64,000 nucleotides of DNA from a bacterium (GTDB lineage: Bacteria; Bacillota_I; Bacilli_A; RFN20; CAG-288), in NCBI GenBank assembly GCA_963643715.1, contig CAVILQ010000009.1, positions 4,520-68,519 of the forward strand. The letters run 5' to 3'. The position numbers and the translations under genes are program-made. How positions within the stretch are numbered: position 1 is the first letter of the stretch; every line of letters begins with the position of its first letter. The notes under the pieces were generated by a model. That model saw only the letters and a program-made list of their open reading frames with translations. It searched no databases and had not been told where the DNA came from. Below, piece after piece: positions 39,989 through 49,500 of this stretch.

Positions 39989-41479
39989 TTAATTTCTATG
40001 CTTTGGTTTAAAGACTCTTGTCGCTGCAACAGCCATCTTCCAGCCATCGTATAATTCATCCACTTCATCTTTGCCCATCATTGGGAAATATTTTTTCTGA
40101 ATGTTGTGATTCTGTTCAATATCAGATTTGCATTTCCAGAATCCGACACCCAAGCCTGCCATATATCCAGCACCTAAAGCAGTTGTCTCGATGTATTTAG
40201 GAAGATGAACTTCACACTGAAGAATATCTGACTGGAACTGCATCAATAACGCATTAGCACTTGCTCCGCCATCAACACGAAGAGATTTCAATTCCAAGCC
40301 GGCTTCTTTCTTCATCGCTTCAATGACATCCTTAGATTGATAAGCGATTGAGAACAAAGTGGCTCTCACAAAATTATGTCTATCGGCTCCTCTTGTCAAT
40401 CCAAATACAGCGCCTCTTGCCTCATCATCCCAGTAAGGAGTACCTAAACCGACGAAAGCAGGAACGACATAAACACCTGCAGTATCACTGACACGATTGG
40501 CGTATTCCTCACTCTGAGCAGAGGATTTGATCATATCCATCTGATCCCTTAACCACTGAATGATAGCTCCACCCATAAAGACAGAACCTTCCAAAGCATA
40601 GGTTGTGACTCCATTCTCTCTCCAAGCAACTGTAGTCAAGAGTCCTTGTTTGGAGATGATTGGTTTATCACCGATATTCATCAACATGAAGCAGCCTGTT
40701 CCGTAGGTATTCTTACTGTCTCCTGCCTGATAGCAGCACTGGCCGAATAAGGCTGCCTGCTGGTCACCGGCAACACCAAATATATGAACATTTCCTTGGA
40801 AGAAGGAGGCTTCTCCATAATCATCCGAATTGTCCTTGACTTCAGGAAGCATGCAAGACGGAATATTCCAGATTTTTAAAAGTTCATCATCCCACTTCAT
40901 ATCAAAGATGTTGTATAGCATAGTTCTAGAAGCATTGGAAACATCGGTGTAATGATGTTTACCATTTGTCATCTTATAGATCAGCCAGGAATCAATCGTG
41001 CCAAACATAAGTTCACCTTTTTCGGCTCTTTCCTGACCATCCGGAATATTATCCAATATGAATCTGATCTTAGATGCTGAAAAGTACGGATTCATTCTAA
41101 GTCCAGTCTTCTGCTGAATCAAATCCATGTACTGTGCGTTCTTATCGCAATATTCCTGTGTCTGCTTTGACTGCCAGATAACAGCATTGTATACCGCATT
41201 TCCTGTCTTCTTATCCCATACAACAGTCGACTCACGCTGATTGGTGATACCGATGGCCGCCACCTCATCCATGGAAGAATTGGAAACAACCATCAATTCA
41301 TTGATGACATCAATGACGGAAATCCAAATCTTATTCGGATTGCTTTCAACCCATCCTGGTTTTGGATAGAGGCACTCGACTTCTCTCTGTGCCTTAAAAA
41401 TCTCTTCACCTTTGTCGTTGATCAAGATAGCACGTGTTGATGTTGTACCCTGATCGATTGATAGAATGTATTTTTTCAT
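39989..41479 (-). CDS. glpK: glycerol kinase
   Basis: FGGY kinase N-terminus (LSIDQGTTSTRAIL); 496 aa. Confidence 0.9.
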   Translation of the reverse strand: MKKYILSIDQGTTSTRAILINDKGEEIFKAQREVECLYPKPGWVESNPNKIWISVIDVINELMVVSNSSMDEVAAIGITNQRESTVVWDKKTGNAVYNAVIWQSKQTQEYCDKNAQYMDLIQQKTGLRMNPYFSASKIRFILDNIPDGQERAEKGELMFGTIDSWLIYKMTNGKHHYTDVSNASRTMLYNIFDMKWDDELLKIWNIPSCMLPEVKDNSDDYGEASFFQGNVHIFGVAGDQQAALFGQCCYQAGDSKNTYGTGCFMLMNIGDKPIISKQGLLTTVAWRENGVTTYALEGSVFMGGAIIQWLRDQMDMIKSSAQSEEYANRVSDTAGVYVVPAFVGLGTPYWDDEARGAVFGLTRGADRHNFVRATLFSIAYQSKDVIEAMKKEAGLELKSLRVDGGASANALLMQFQSDILQCEVHLPKYIETTALGAGYMAGLGVGFWKCKSDIEQNHNIQKKYFPMMGKDEVDELYDGWKMAVAATRVFKPKHRN

Positions 41480-41573
41480 AGATTTTGAATGTTTGTTGCT
41501 TTTTATAGCTCTCCTTACAACATTATAATCAATTGTAAGTGCTTACTCCAACAATTATTCACAAAAACTGACA

Positions 41574-42518
41574 TTATAGTGAAGAAATAGATCCATAGAA
41601 CAACATGACATCATCGTAAAAACTAGCATAAAGGAAAGGTCGATCCAATGTGAGTTCTAGATCATAGGAGGGATCTACGTCTATTGGACCTTTTACTGTA
41701 AAGGAAGAGGCAGACACTCCATAATGATCAAAACTGAACTTATTCCCTTGATAACGGAATCCCGAAGTATCCATGTTCGCATACTGATATTCTTTTTCAA
41801 ACTCCGGAACATAAGCGTGAACTCTTTTCGTTTCTGTATTTTCTTGATAAAAATCTGATACAGAAACATCACTCAACGAATGATTTTCTGTTGGAAATAG
41901 AATTCTAAGTTCTGTCTGATTGATGGTCAAAGAAACATAGGTATAAGAATCATTCAAGACAGTAGAATAATCGCCGATAAATTCAACATAGGTATGTTTT
42001 CCCTCTCCATTGAACTTCATATCCTTCTTTGTATCATGAGGAATCAGGAATCGATCATTCAAATTCAACATAGAGAAATAATAGGTTCCGTTATTGGATA
42101 ATTTGACATCCTTATCATAAAAACGAGATAAAGAGTGATTCAGTTCATCAACAGTCCCCTCAAAATAAGAGACTTTAGAAACACCCTTATCTTCTATTTT
42201 TTCTGTCGAAGCCACTGCAAAATTATCCGACAATTCGAAATTATCTTCATTCTGGTTCAGTTTCTTATATAATGCAGAAAAAGTGTCTTTATCATTTTGA
42301 TAACTGTCGACCAATCTAAGGCTGACAGGTGAGACAACACAATTATCCGAAACCGTCAGATCATTTGAATTCTCTTCCTTCAGATACTTCTTTTCATCTT
42401 CAGAAAACGAGATTCGTTTATTAGAAATAGTAGGTTTACTGATTGTTTCTTCCGCATAAGCGACATTATTACAGGAAATGAGGAAGACAGACAATAATGG
42501 CAAAAGTTTACGTTTCAT
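41574..42518 (-). CDS. hypothetical secreted lipoprotein
   Basis: Signal peptide with lipobox LISC; 314 aa; no recognisable domain. Confidence 0.45.
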   Translation of the reverse strand: MKRKLLPLLSVFLISCNNVAYAEETISKPTISNKRISFSEDEKKYLKEENSNDLTVSDNCVVSPVSLRLVDSYQNDKDTFSALYKKLNQNEDNFELSDNFAVASTEKIEDKGVSKVSYFEGTVDELNHSLSRFYDKDVKLSNNGTYYFSMLNLNDRFLIPHDTKKDMKFNGEGKHTYVEFIGDYSTVLNDSYTYVSLTINQTELRILFPTENHSLSDVSVSDFYQENTETKRVHAYVPEFEKEYQYANMDTSGFRYQGNKFSFDHYGVSASSFTVKGPIDVDPSYDLELTLDRPFLYASFYDDVMLFYGSISSL

Positions 42519-42522
42519 AATA

Positions 42523-43521
42523 TTAGCTCCTTTGAGTATATCCGCATATCGAACATCTAAATGTTATTTTCTTTCCTTGTCTTATGATTTCCATAACATG
42601 CTTATGATAATACGGATAGGTATAAACATCATCACCACACGAACAATACGCAGTGGAATTGCTTGAATCAACATATAGATAATTATGTATATGTGATAAA
42701 AAGTTAACATATACAATGTACTGAATGCCTGGGGATTGCTCTGAACCATCATCATTGAATTCCATCAATGTCGGTGAACTTTTCCAACCATTATGAACTA
42801 ATAATTTCTTGGTATTTGGAACATATCCATAAACCACAAACGAATGCTTAGGAGTATTTGCAATCACTGGCTGACCAGACTGCAATAATGAAATGATGGT
42901 GTTATAAACAGAAGATATATTCAAGACAGACTTATCCTCAAATATTGTATAGTCGGTTTTCTCAACATATCCATAATCTGTTAGATATTGATTTATCAAA
43001 TTCGCCTGCTCTGAATAGCTTGTAAAAACAGTCGGCATATATTGAAGAACAGGATAGGTAAATGAGGATTTATACTTATTGACAAAATCACCATAGAACG
43101 AACCAGAAGCATACGAATCTAAAACACCTGGTGATTCGGCATAAGATGAAAAGTCGGTTCCCGTGCCAATAGAACGAACGATATACTCCTCTTTAATAGT
43201 CGGAGAATAGAAGGTATTCATATATGACAAATACATTGTCGCCGCTACCCAAGTACACTCACCAACACTATTAGTAGGATAATTCTCTTGTAAATTATAG
43301 AAAAAATAATAATTGTTGATGACATAGCCTTCATCAATTTGCTTCATCATAACAGGAACATCACTAGAACTAGCAGAATTCCGATTGATTTCATCATCCG
43401 ATGAAACATCAGATGTTATAGGCTCAGAATCATGTGGGCTATATTTAAGAGTCACAACACATGCTGGACAAAAATCAACAATCAGCGAAATCAAACTTAT
43501 CAACAGTAAATTAAATTTCAT
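42523..43521 (-). CDS. secreted papain-fold cysteine peptidase-like protein (Peptidase_C39-like / YvpB-type) with C-terminal Cys4 motif
   Basis: Signal peptide. GECTWVAATMYLSYM resembles the YvpB-type C39-like catalytic Cys block, with a His in HSFVVYGY. The C-terminus carries CSCG...CSICG. Confidence 0.4.
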   Translation of the reverse strand: MKFNLLLISLISLIVDFCPACVVTLKYSPHDSEPITSDVSSDDEINRNSASSSDVPVMMKQIDEGYVINNYYFFYNLQENYPTNSVGECTWVAATMYLSYMNTFYSPTIKEEYIVRSIGTGTDFSSYAESPGVLDSYASGSFYGDFVNKYKSSFTYPVLQYMPTVFTSYSEQANLINQYLTDYGYVEKTDYTIFEDKSVLNISSVYNTIISLLQSGQPVIANTPKHSFVVYGYVPNTKKLLVHNGWKSSPTLMEFNDDGSEQSPGIQYIVYVNFLSHIHNYLYVDSSNSTAYCSCGDDVYTYPYYHKHVMEIIRQGKKITFRCSICGYTQRS

Positions 43522-43857
43522 AAAGTTCCTCCAGATTTCTATATGTAATAATAAACAATGTAGTCTATACTTTTTTCAAGAGTATTTATATGTTTGATTG
43601 TTTGAAAGTATGTTTTCTTAGATATTTGGCTCTTTTTTGCGCATAATAAAGATATTTTAAACTGACAGAAATTCATTTTTGTCAAACCAAATCAACTTAA
43701 TTCAAAGCACTTTTCTTAAAAACAACTTAAAACTATCGACAGCATACAACCATAATATTTTCTAGGAAAAAGTAGGAGCTAAGCATCATCAAGATAATTT
43801 CGCACATAAAAAATCGGCCCTTGCTTAATAGCAAAGGCCGACTATTAATTGTTCGAA

Positions 43858-44862
43858 TTACTTAATGAGAGAATTCTTGCACTTTCCAGTGGCGAGATAT
43901 TCTTCCATGTTCTTGATTGAAACTTCGATCATATCGATCAAAGCCAAATCAGTGGCGGAACCGATATGCGGAGTGATGAGGACCTTAGGATAGAGGTCAA
44001 TGATTTCCTGATGGACAGGATCACCCATATTCTTCGGATCATGATCGATGTTGAACAATGTCTTTTCATGATCGATGACATCGAGTCCGAGACCATCGAG
44101 ATGTCCGTTCTTGACAGCATCCAAAGCAGCCTTGGTATCCATGACTTCACCACGGGCAACATTAACAAGGATAGCATGATCCTTCATCTTGGCGATCTTC
44201 TCAGCATCGATGAAGTTATCATTCTTGCCCTTGAAGTAAGCCATATGGCAGACGATGATATCTGCATCAGCAAGGAAGGAATCAATGTCTTCGAATTCAA
44301 CGATCTGCTTTGCATAATCAGACTGGAAGACATCATAACCGATGACTTTGGCACCTAAACCCTTGAAGAGGCTAGCTGTTGTGCATCCGATTCTTCCGCA
44401 GCCCATGATACCGACTGTGCAGCCACGGACTTCTCTGGAGAACATCTGATTGGTGACCTTGAAATGTCCCTGATGTGTCTGATCACAGGCATAAGCGGCA
44501 TTTCTAAGGAGCATCATGGCAAGAGTCAAAGCGAGTTCAGAGATGGCATTCGGAGAATAGCCAGGAACGAAGGCTGTCTCGATACCGAATTCCTTGCAGG
44601 CAGCGACATCGACATGATTGTAACCAGCGGTTCTGGTGAGATAGTACTTAAGGCCGTTGTCCTTGAGCATCTTCATATGATCTCTGTCAAGGATGCAGTT
44701 GCCACGGACCATGACAATTTCATAGCCTTTGGCAAGTTCCCATGTATCATTGCTGATGTAGACAGGGCTGAGAACTAATTCATATCCGTACTTTTCGCCT
44801 AATTTTTCGAAATAAGGCTTTTCATAATCACGGACACCGAAACAAATGATTTTCTTTTCCAT
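43858..44862 (-). CDS. ldhD: D-isomer-specific 2-hydroxyacid dehydrogenase (D-lactate dehydrogenase-like)
   Basis: NAD-binding GxGxxG (GIMGCGRIG) and a catalytic His region; 334 aa. Confidence 0.8.
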   Translation of the reverse strand: MEKKIICFGVRDYEKPYFEKLGEKYGYELVLSPVYISNDTWELAKGYEIVMVRGNCILDRDHMKMLKDNGLKYYLTRTAGYNHVDVAACKEFGIETAFVPGYSPNAISELALTLAMMLLRNAAYACDQTHQGHFKVTNQMFSREVRGCTVGIMGCGRIGCTTASLFKGLGAKVIGYDVFQSDYAKQIVEFEDIDSFLADADIIVCHMAYFKGKNDNFIDAEKIAKMKDHAILVNVARGEVMDTKAALDAVKNGHLDGLGLDVIDHEKTLFNIDHDPKNMGDPVHQEIIDLYPKVLITPHIGSATDLALIDMIEVSIKNMEEYLATGKCKNSLIK

Positions 44863-44885
44863 TGTAATTTACCTTTCTATCTTAA

Positions 44886-46097
44886 TTAGGCAGCGACATA
44901 GAAGAAGTTGAGTTCTTTAACAACAGTGAGAAGGATAACCCAGATGATGATACCAACAACAGCACCAAGAGTGGAAACCAAGGATATGTGAGAAGCCATT
45001 TCTTTTTCTTTGTCGAAGGAAATGCAATAACCGACAGCGACAGTGGCAGGCGGAACCATCCACGTGATGACAGCAGAGTTGACAGTATTCATAGAAATAA
45101 GCTGTGAAACATCAGAAGTAACACCATTAACAGTCTTTAAGATACCTGTTGCATTTGCGATACCCTGGATAGCGAAGAGAAGGACTAAGACGATGATAGG
45201 AGCGACGAAGACCTTAAGAGCGGTCCAGATCCAAGCATACTTATCAGCAATAGCTTCCTTGAAGTTTGTCTTTCCTAAAGTGCATCCGATAGCGATCAAG
45301 ATGACTGTGGAGGAAAGTCCACCTAATGTGTTAGCAGCCTGGTAGATCCAAGGCAATGTGACATCAATTCTCCAGAAAGCAACTTTCGTTTCAGAAACAT
45401 TAGTGCTGAGCCAATCAGTACGGACCATACCAGAGCCCGGGATAGCCTGTAAGAGCCAGAGGATAAGACCGGCGAAAGTAGCGATAACGATAGGATTGAG
45501 CAAAGCCTTCTTCAACATAGACTTGATATCAGTCTTAGGCTTTGCAGGAGCATCACCATTCAAGGAAATGTCTGCTTCAGCATCGGTATCGGTAAGGTTG
45601 GCGATAGCGACATAAGCATAAGAATATAAGAAGACACGATAGGCAACGTTCATGACGTTGAAGTTGTTACCAGCATCCTTGCCAAAGAGAGAAGAAATTA
45701 AAGGATAGGCGAAGAATGTGGTAGAACCGAAAGCGAACAAGACAGCAAGAACGACACGTTTCTTTTTGTCCTTAACCCAGATAAAGAGAAGCTTGCCGAC
45801 GAAGATGAAGAGAATGTAGAGAATGAAACCAAAGACGAAGTTGAAGAGAGCGTCGATGGCACCACTGACCGTGAAAGTTGACATAAAGGAGCAGAAGGCA
45901 AGGCAAGGAATACAGATTGCCATGACGAACTTGGTCAAAATCGTACCGGTGTTCTCAGGGATAAGTTTCTTTTTTGTAAAAATGAAACCTACAAGAATAA
46001 AGATGATAGTCTTTGCAATGTTGATCCAAAGATTGTTGGAAGACATTGCTTTTGCGATATTGGAACCAATATCACTTGCTAGTACAAAGTCAGACAT
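44886..46097 (-). CDS. AEC-family membrane transporter (malate permease / auxin-efflux-carrier type)
   Basis: 403 aa with about 10 TM helices in two halves; AEC-like N-terminus. Confidence 0.55.
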   Translation of the reverse strand: MSDFVLASDIGSNIAKAMSSNNLWINIAKTIIFILVGFIFTKKKLIPENTGTILTKFVMAICIPCLAFCSFMSTFTVSGAIDALFNFVFGFILYILFIFVGKLLFIWVKDKKKRVVLAVLFAFGSTTFFAYPLISSLFGKDAGNNFNVMNVAYRVFLYSYAYVAIANLTDTDAEADISLNGDAPAKPKTDIKSMLKKALLNPIVIATFAGLILWLLQAIPGSGMVRTDWLSTNVSETKVAFWRIDVTLPWIYQAANTLGGLSSTVILIAIGCTLGKTNFKEAIADKYAWIWTALKVFVAPIIVLVLLFAIQGIANATGILKTVNGVTSDVSQLISMNTVNSAVITWMVPPATVAVGYCISFDKEKEMASHISLVSTLGAVVGIIIWVILLTVVKELNFFYVAA

Positions 46098-46378
46098 TTA
46101 GTTAATACCTCCAATAAACTGACACGCATATTCTACTAAGTTTTTGCATTAAAACCATAGCAATTTGATAAAAAATTCGTGTAAGCGGTAGATTTTTCCA
46201 CATACGTGAAATAAAAATGATTGTTTCTTTATCAAACAATGCACATATTTTTGCTTTTAAGCAATAAATGTGCAAAAAGCAATGGATTAAAGTGATACTA
46301 CTTCAAAGCTGTCTTGATAAATCTTCTCACTAAAATAGTGAATTCATCTCTTTTTAATGTTGTCTTAAGAAACCAAAA

Positions 46379-46439
46379 TTGCCAACTTGCCAAACAAAAC
46401 ACTGCCAAATTGCCAAATAAATCATTGACAAATTGCCAA
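46379..46439. repeat. array of six TTGCCAA-like heptamers (TTGCCAA x4, CTGCCAA, TTGACAA) about 120 nt upstream of the RHS gene
   Basis: Read directly; copies are 8-15 bp apart. Confidence 0.8.
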
Positions 46440-46554
46440 ATGGAAAGTGTTATTCCTTCTTTTTTTCTGGCATACTTATGAAGAAGAAATAGGCATCAAA
46501 TCATTTTTACCCTTAAATAAAGCTTAAACTACTTTATATAATGTGATATGATAT

Positions 46555-49500
46555 ATGTGTAAAAAACGAAAGGACTTATGTCCTATGACAGCAAGCAAGG
46601 TATCAGCACAACGCATCAACTCACATCACTCATATATCGGAAGCAACCCGGAATGGTCGCTCCTTGACGGCTCCGTCCACTATTCTTATCCGATCTGCTC
46701 ATTCGGAGGAGGCCATTCCTTTTCATGTGAACTCATTTATGACTCGAACCTGCCTATCATCACCAGCGAAAAGTTCGGCGGCATGCCGTACTGCTTCATG
46801 CTGTCCTGCCACGCAAGGCTGATGCAATCGGAAGGCGGATATATCTTCGTCGATGAGGAAGGCATCCCCCATCTTTTCACAGGCTTCATCGATCAGGGAG
46901 ACACCTACTATCATGACAACGACGGGCTTGGCATGATCCTAGATGACCACAGCGACATCAGAATCGACAACGGATTCGGAACTATTCTTTACTTTGACGA
47001 CAGCATGAGACTGAGCAGGAAATGCTCTCCTGGCGTCTTTGAGATCTCCTACTCTTACGATAACATAGGAAGACTGACTTCAGTGTCGGACACGACAGGA
47101 AAGAAGCGAAAGTTTGTCTTCGAATACGACGGTGCCCTAGCCTTTGTCAAATCATATTATGAAAACAAAGTAGTTTCGATAACAAAGATAGGCTATTCAA
47201 CGAAACACGTTCTTAACATCGTAGCGAAGTGGCAGTTGCTTTCCCTTGACAGGATATCAACGGAGAACGGTTCGCAAGCAGAGCCTTTGCTCAGAATAAA
47301 GTATAAAGAGCAGGTCTTCAGCGAAGAGCCTCCCGCAGTCGAGTTCGATGACCTTTACAATCATTCAGCATTCCGGATAACATATGTAGGGGAAAAAGCC
47401 GCTAGACTGTCGTTCTCCGACATTGCCGCCGGCCTTTCGTTTAAAGAAAAGTCCTGTCTGGAAATGGCCGCTGACGAAGACATGGTCACCGTCAAGGACC
47501 AGGACGGCAAGCAAACATCATACATGCTAGACCAAAAAGGATACATCGTCTCATGTTTTAGAAAGGACGAATACGGGAATTTGCTCTCACTAGACAAGCC
47601 TATAGGAACCCGACTCGTCCTGACTAACGCTGAGACAGGAATAGATACGCTTCCGATCAGGACATGCGACAGAGGTCTCCCCGTCAAGATAACGGAATGC
47701 ATCCCACAGGGCAAAGACAAGGCCTCTCCTCTCTCAACGCTTCTCATCGACAAAGGCTGTTCTCTTTCCGTCTATGTCAGGCTGAAGGAGTCGCATCCTG
47801 GTGCCGTCCTTTCCGCCTCGGGATTCGTTTCGGCCGCGCTGAACCCCTATGCTGTCGGAACATGGCAAAAGGCACGGCTCGGGTTCAAGGACAGCAAGAC
47901 ACCGTCCGAACTGAAAATCAGTGTCACCAATGACCTGGGGGTCGCATTCAAAGCCGACATCTGTGAGCCGGTCATCGTGAATTCCGGCACCGAAAGACTG
48001 ATCCTCGGGGAAGCAGAACTCAATGAATTCAGCAGCCTGACAAAGAATTGTGAAAGAATCCGCGGCGTCGTCTCCAAGACAGACCTTCTGACCAGCATGA
48101 AGCATTTCGTGTTCTCTGACAGCATCACATATTTCCTGTGGATGAACAACGGACACGACGTCATCCAGATGGACAACGTTTCCTTCACCCTGAACGGCAG
48201 AGAGGTCCTTTTCACCGATTTCCTGAGGACGCAGGAACTGACGCTCGTGAAATATGACACGCAGAATGGATTCATGCGCGAAAGGAAACTCAAGAGAAAC
48301 GGAAACCATCAGATAACGGATGAAAAGACGATATCAGATGCCAACGGAAACGCCATCGAGCACGAGAAAAGAATGCGCGATGTCACAAATGAGGTGGTGC
48401 TCGACTCCTACGGTCTCCTTCACAGAAGCCAATATACTTCAGACGGACTGCCCTGGAGGCAGTACGACAGCAATGGCAAAGTCATCTCCGAGAATGAGTA
48501 TGACAGCGATGGGAATCTTACCTGCGCGAAGACCGATACCTCCACGCATCATTACACCTACAGCATGGGAACTCTGTCCTCAATCGCAAACGGCGGCGTG
48601 ACAAGAAGCATATACTATGACGGATTTGGAAGAACCGGCGGAGTTCGCTTTACAGACGGAAGCGAAAATCGGTTCGGCTATTTCGGGAGCCATCTGTCGT
48701 CAATCAGCGACAGTTCGATAGGAGTCGCCTTTATCACGGATTCCAGAAGGGATTATGAAGACTACTACATAAACAAGAGCCTCATAGAGCATGTGGAAAA
48801 CGGCAGTCAGACAAGGAAGAAGACATACCCTAACGGAACAGGAATCACGGAATGCTATGACAATGACGGGAATCTGATATCCGTGGTCGGCAACGGAACG
48901 GACACGGCCACAATCACAAGAAGCCCTGACACTTCCTTGCCTGTCACAGTCAAGGACGGATTCGCCGACATGACTACTGACATCGAATACAGAGGAGACA
49001 AAAGCGTCCGAAAGACTACGACGAGAAAAGGCGGAAAAGTCTATCTCACAAAGGAAGAGATACATAGCGAGTATGACACCGAATTTGTCATTGGACCTGA
49101 CTCCCTGCCATACAGAAAGGCTATAAGCAAACAAAATGCGCTCATCCGTATCATCTATGACAATGGCACTCACAAGGTCAAAGGGCTCGGAAGCGACACC
49201 TATCTCGATGCTTTGGCAAGACCGTCCAAGAAGCAAAGCGGACCGATAAGCTGCTCCTACCAGTATAAGAACGGTTCCTCTCTCCTTCATAAGCTTAGCT
49301 GTGACGCCTTCACCGAGGAGCTAGAGTACGAAAATGATTCCTTCCTCGTGTCGAAGGCAGTCTTTTCCGGATACATAAATGAAACCGATAGTTTCCGATA
49401 TGACTCATGCGGCAGACTACTTGAGGCAAGAAGAACAGGTAACGGCGATTACCGGCATATTTACAGCTACAAAGGCTCCAGGCTTGATGAAATCAAAGAT

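Noticed and set aside
39973-40068. Longer N-terminus of the GT-C membrane protein (ORF track start 40068)
   Set aside because: It would overlap the glpK 3' end by 80 nt on the same strand, and the extra 32 residues are hydrophilic and non-conserved. An internal Met at 39972 is preferred, though with no strong ribosome-binding site.
46379-46439. CRISPR array
   Set aside because: The repeat units are only 7 nt with irregular short spacers and no cas genes. It is reported as a motif array instead.
47361-49290. Several 130-196-aa ORFs on the minus strand and alternate frames inside the RHS gene (47361-47753, 47734-48309, 47847-48293, 48320-48601, 48700-49290)
   Set aside because: They lie entirely within the high-GC RHS coding region, where stop codons are rare in all frames. 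They have no motifs and no start context.
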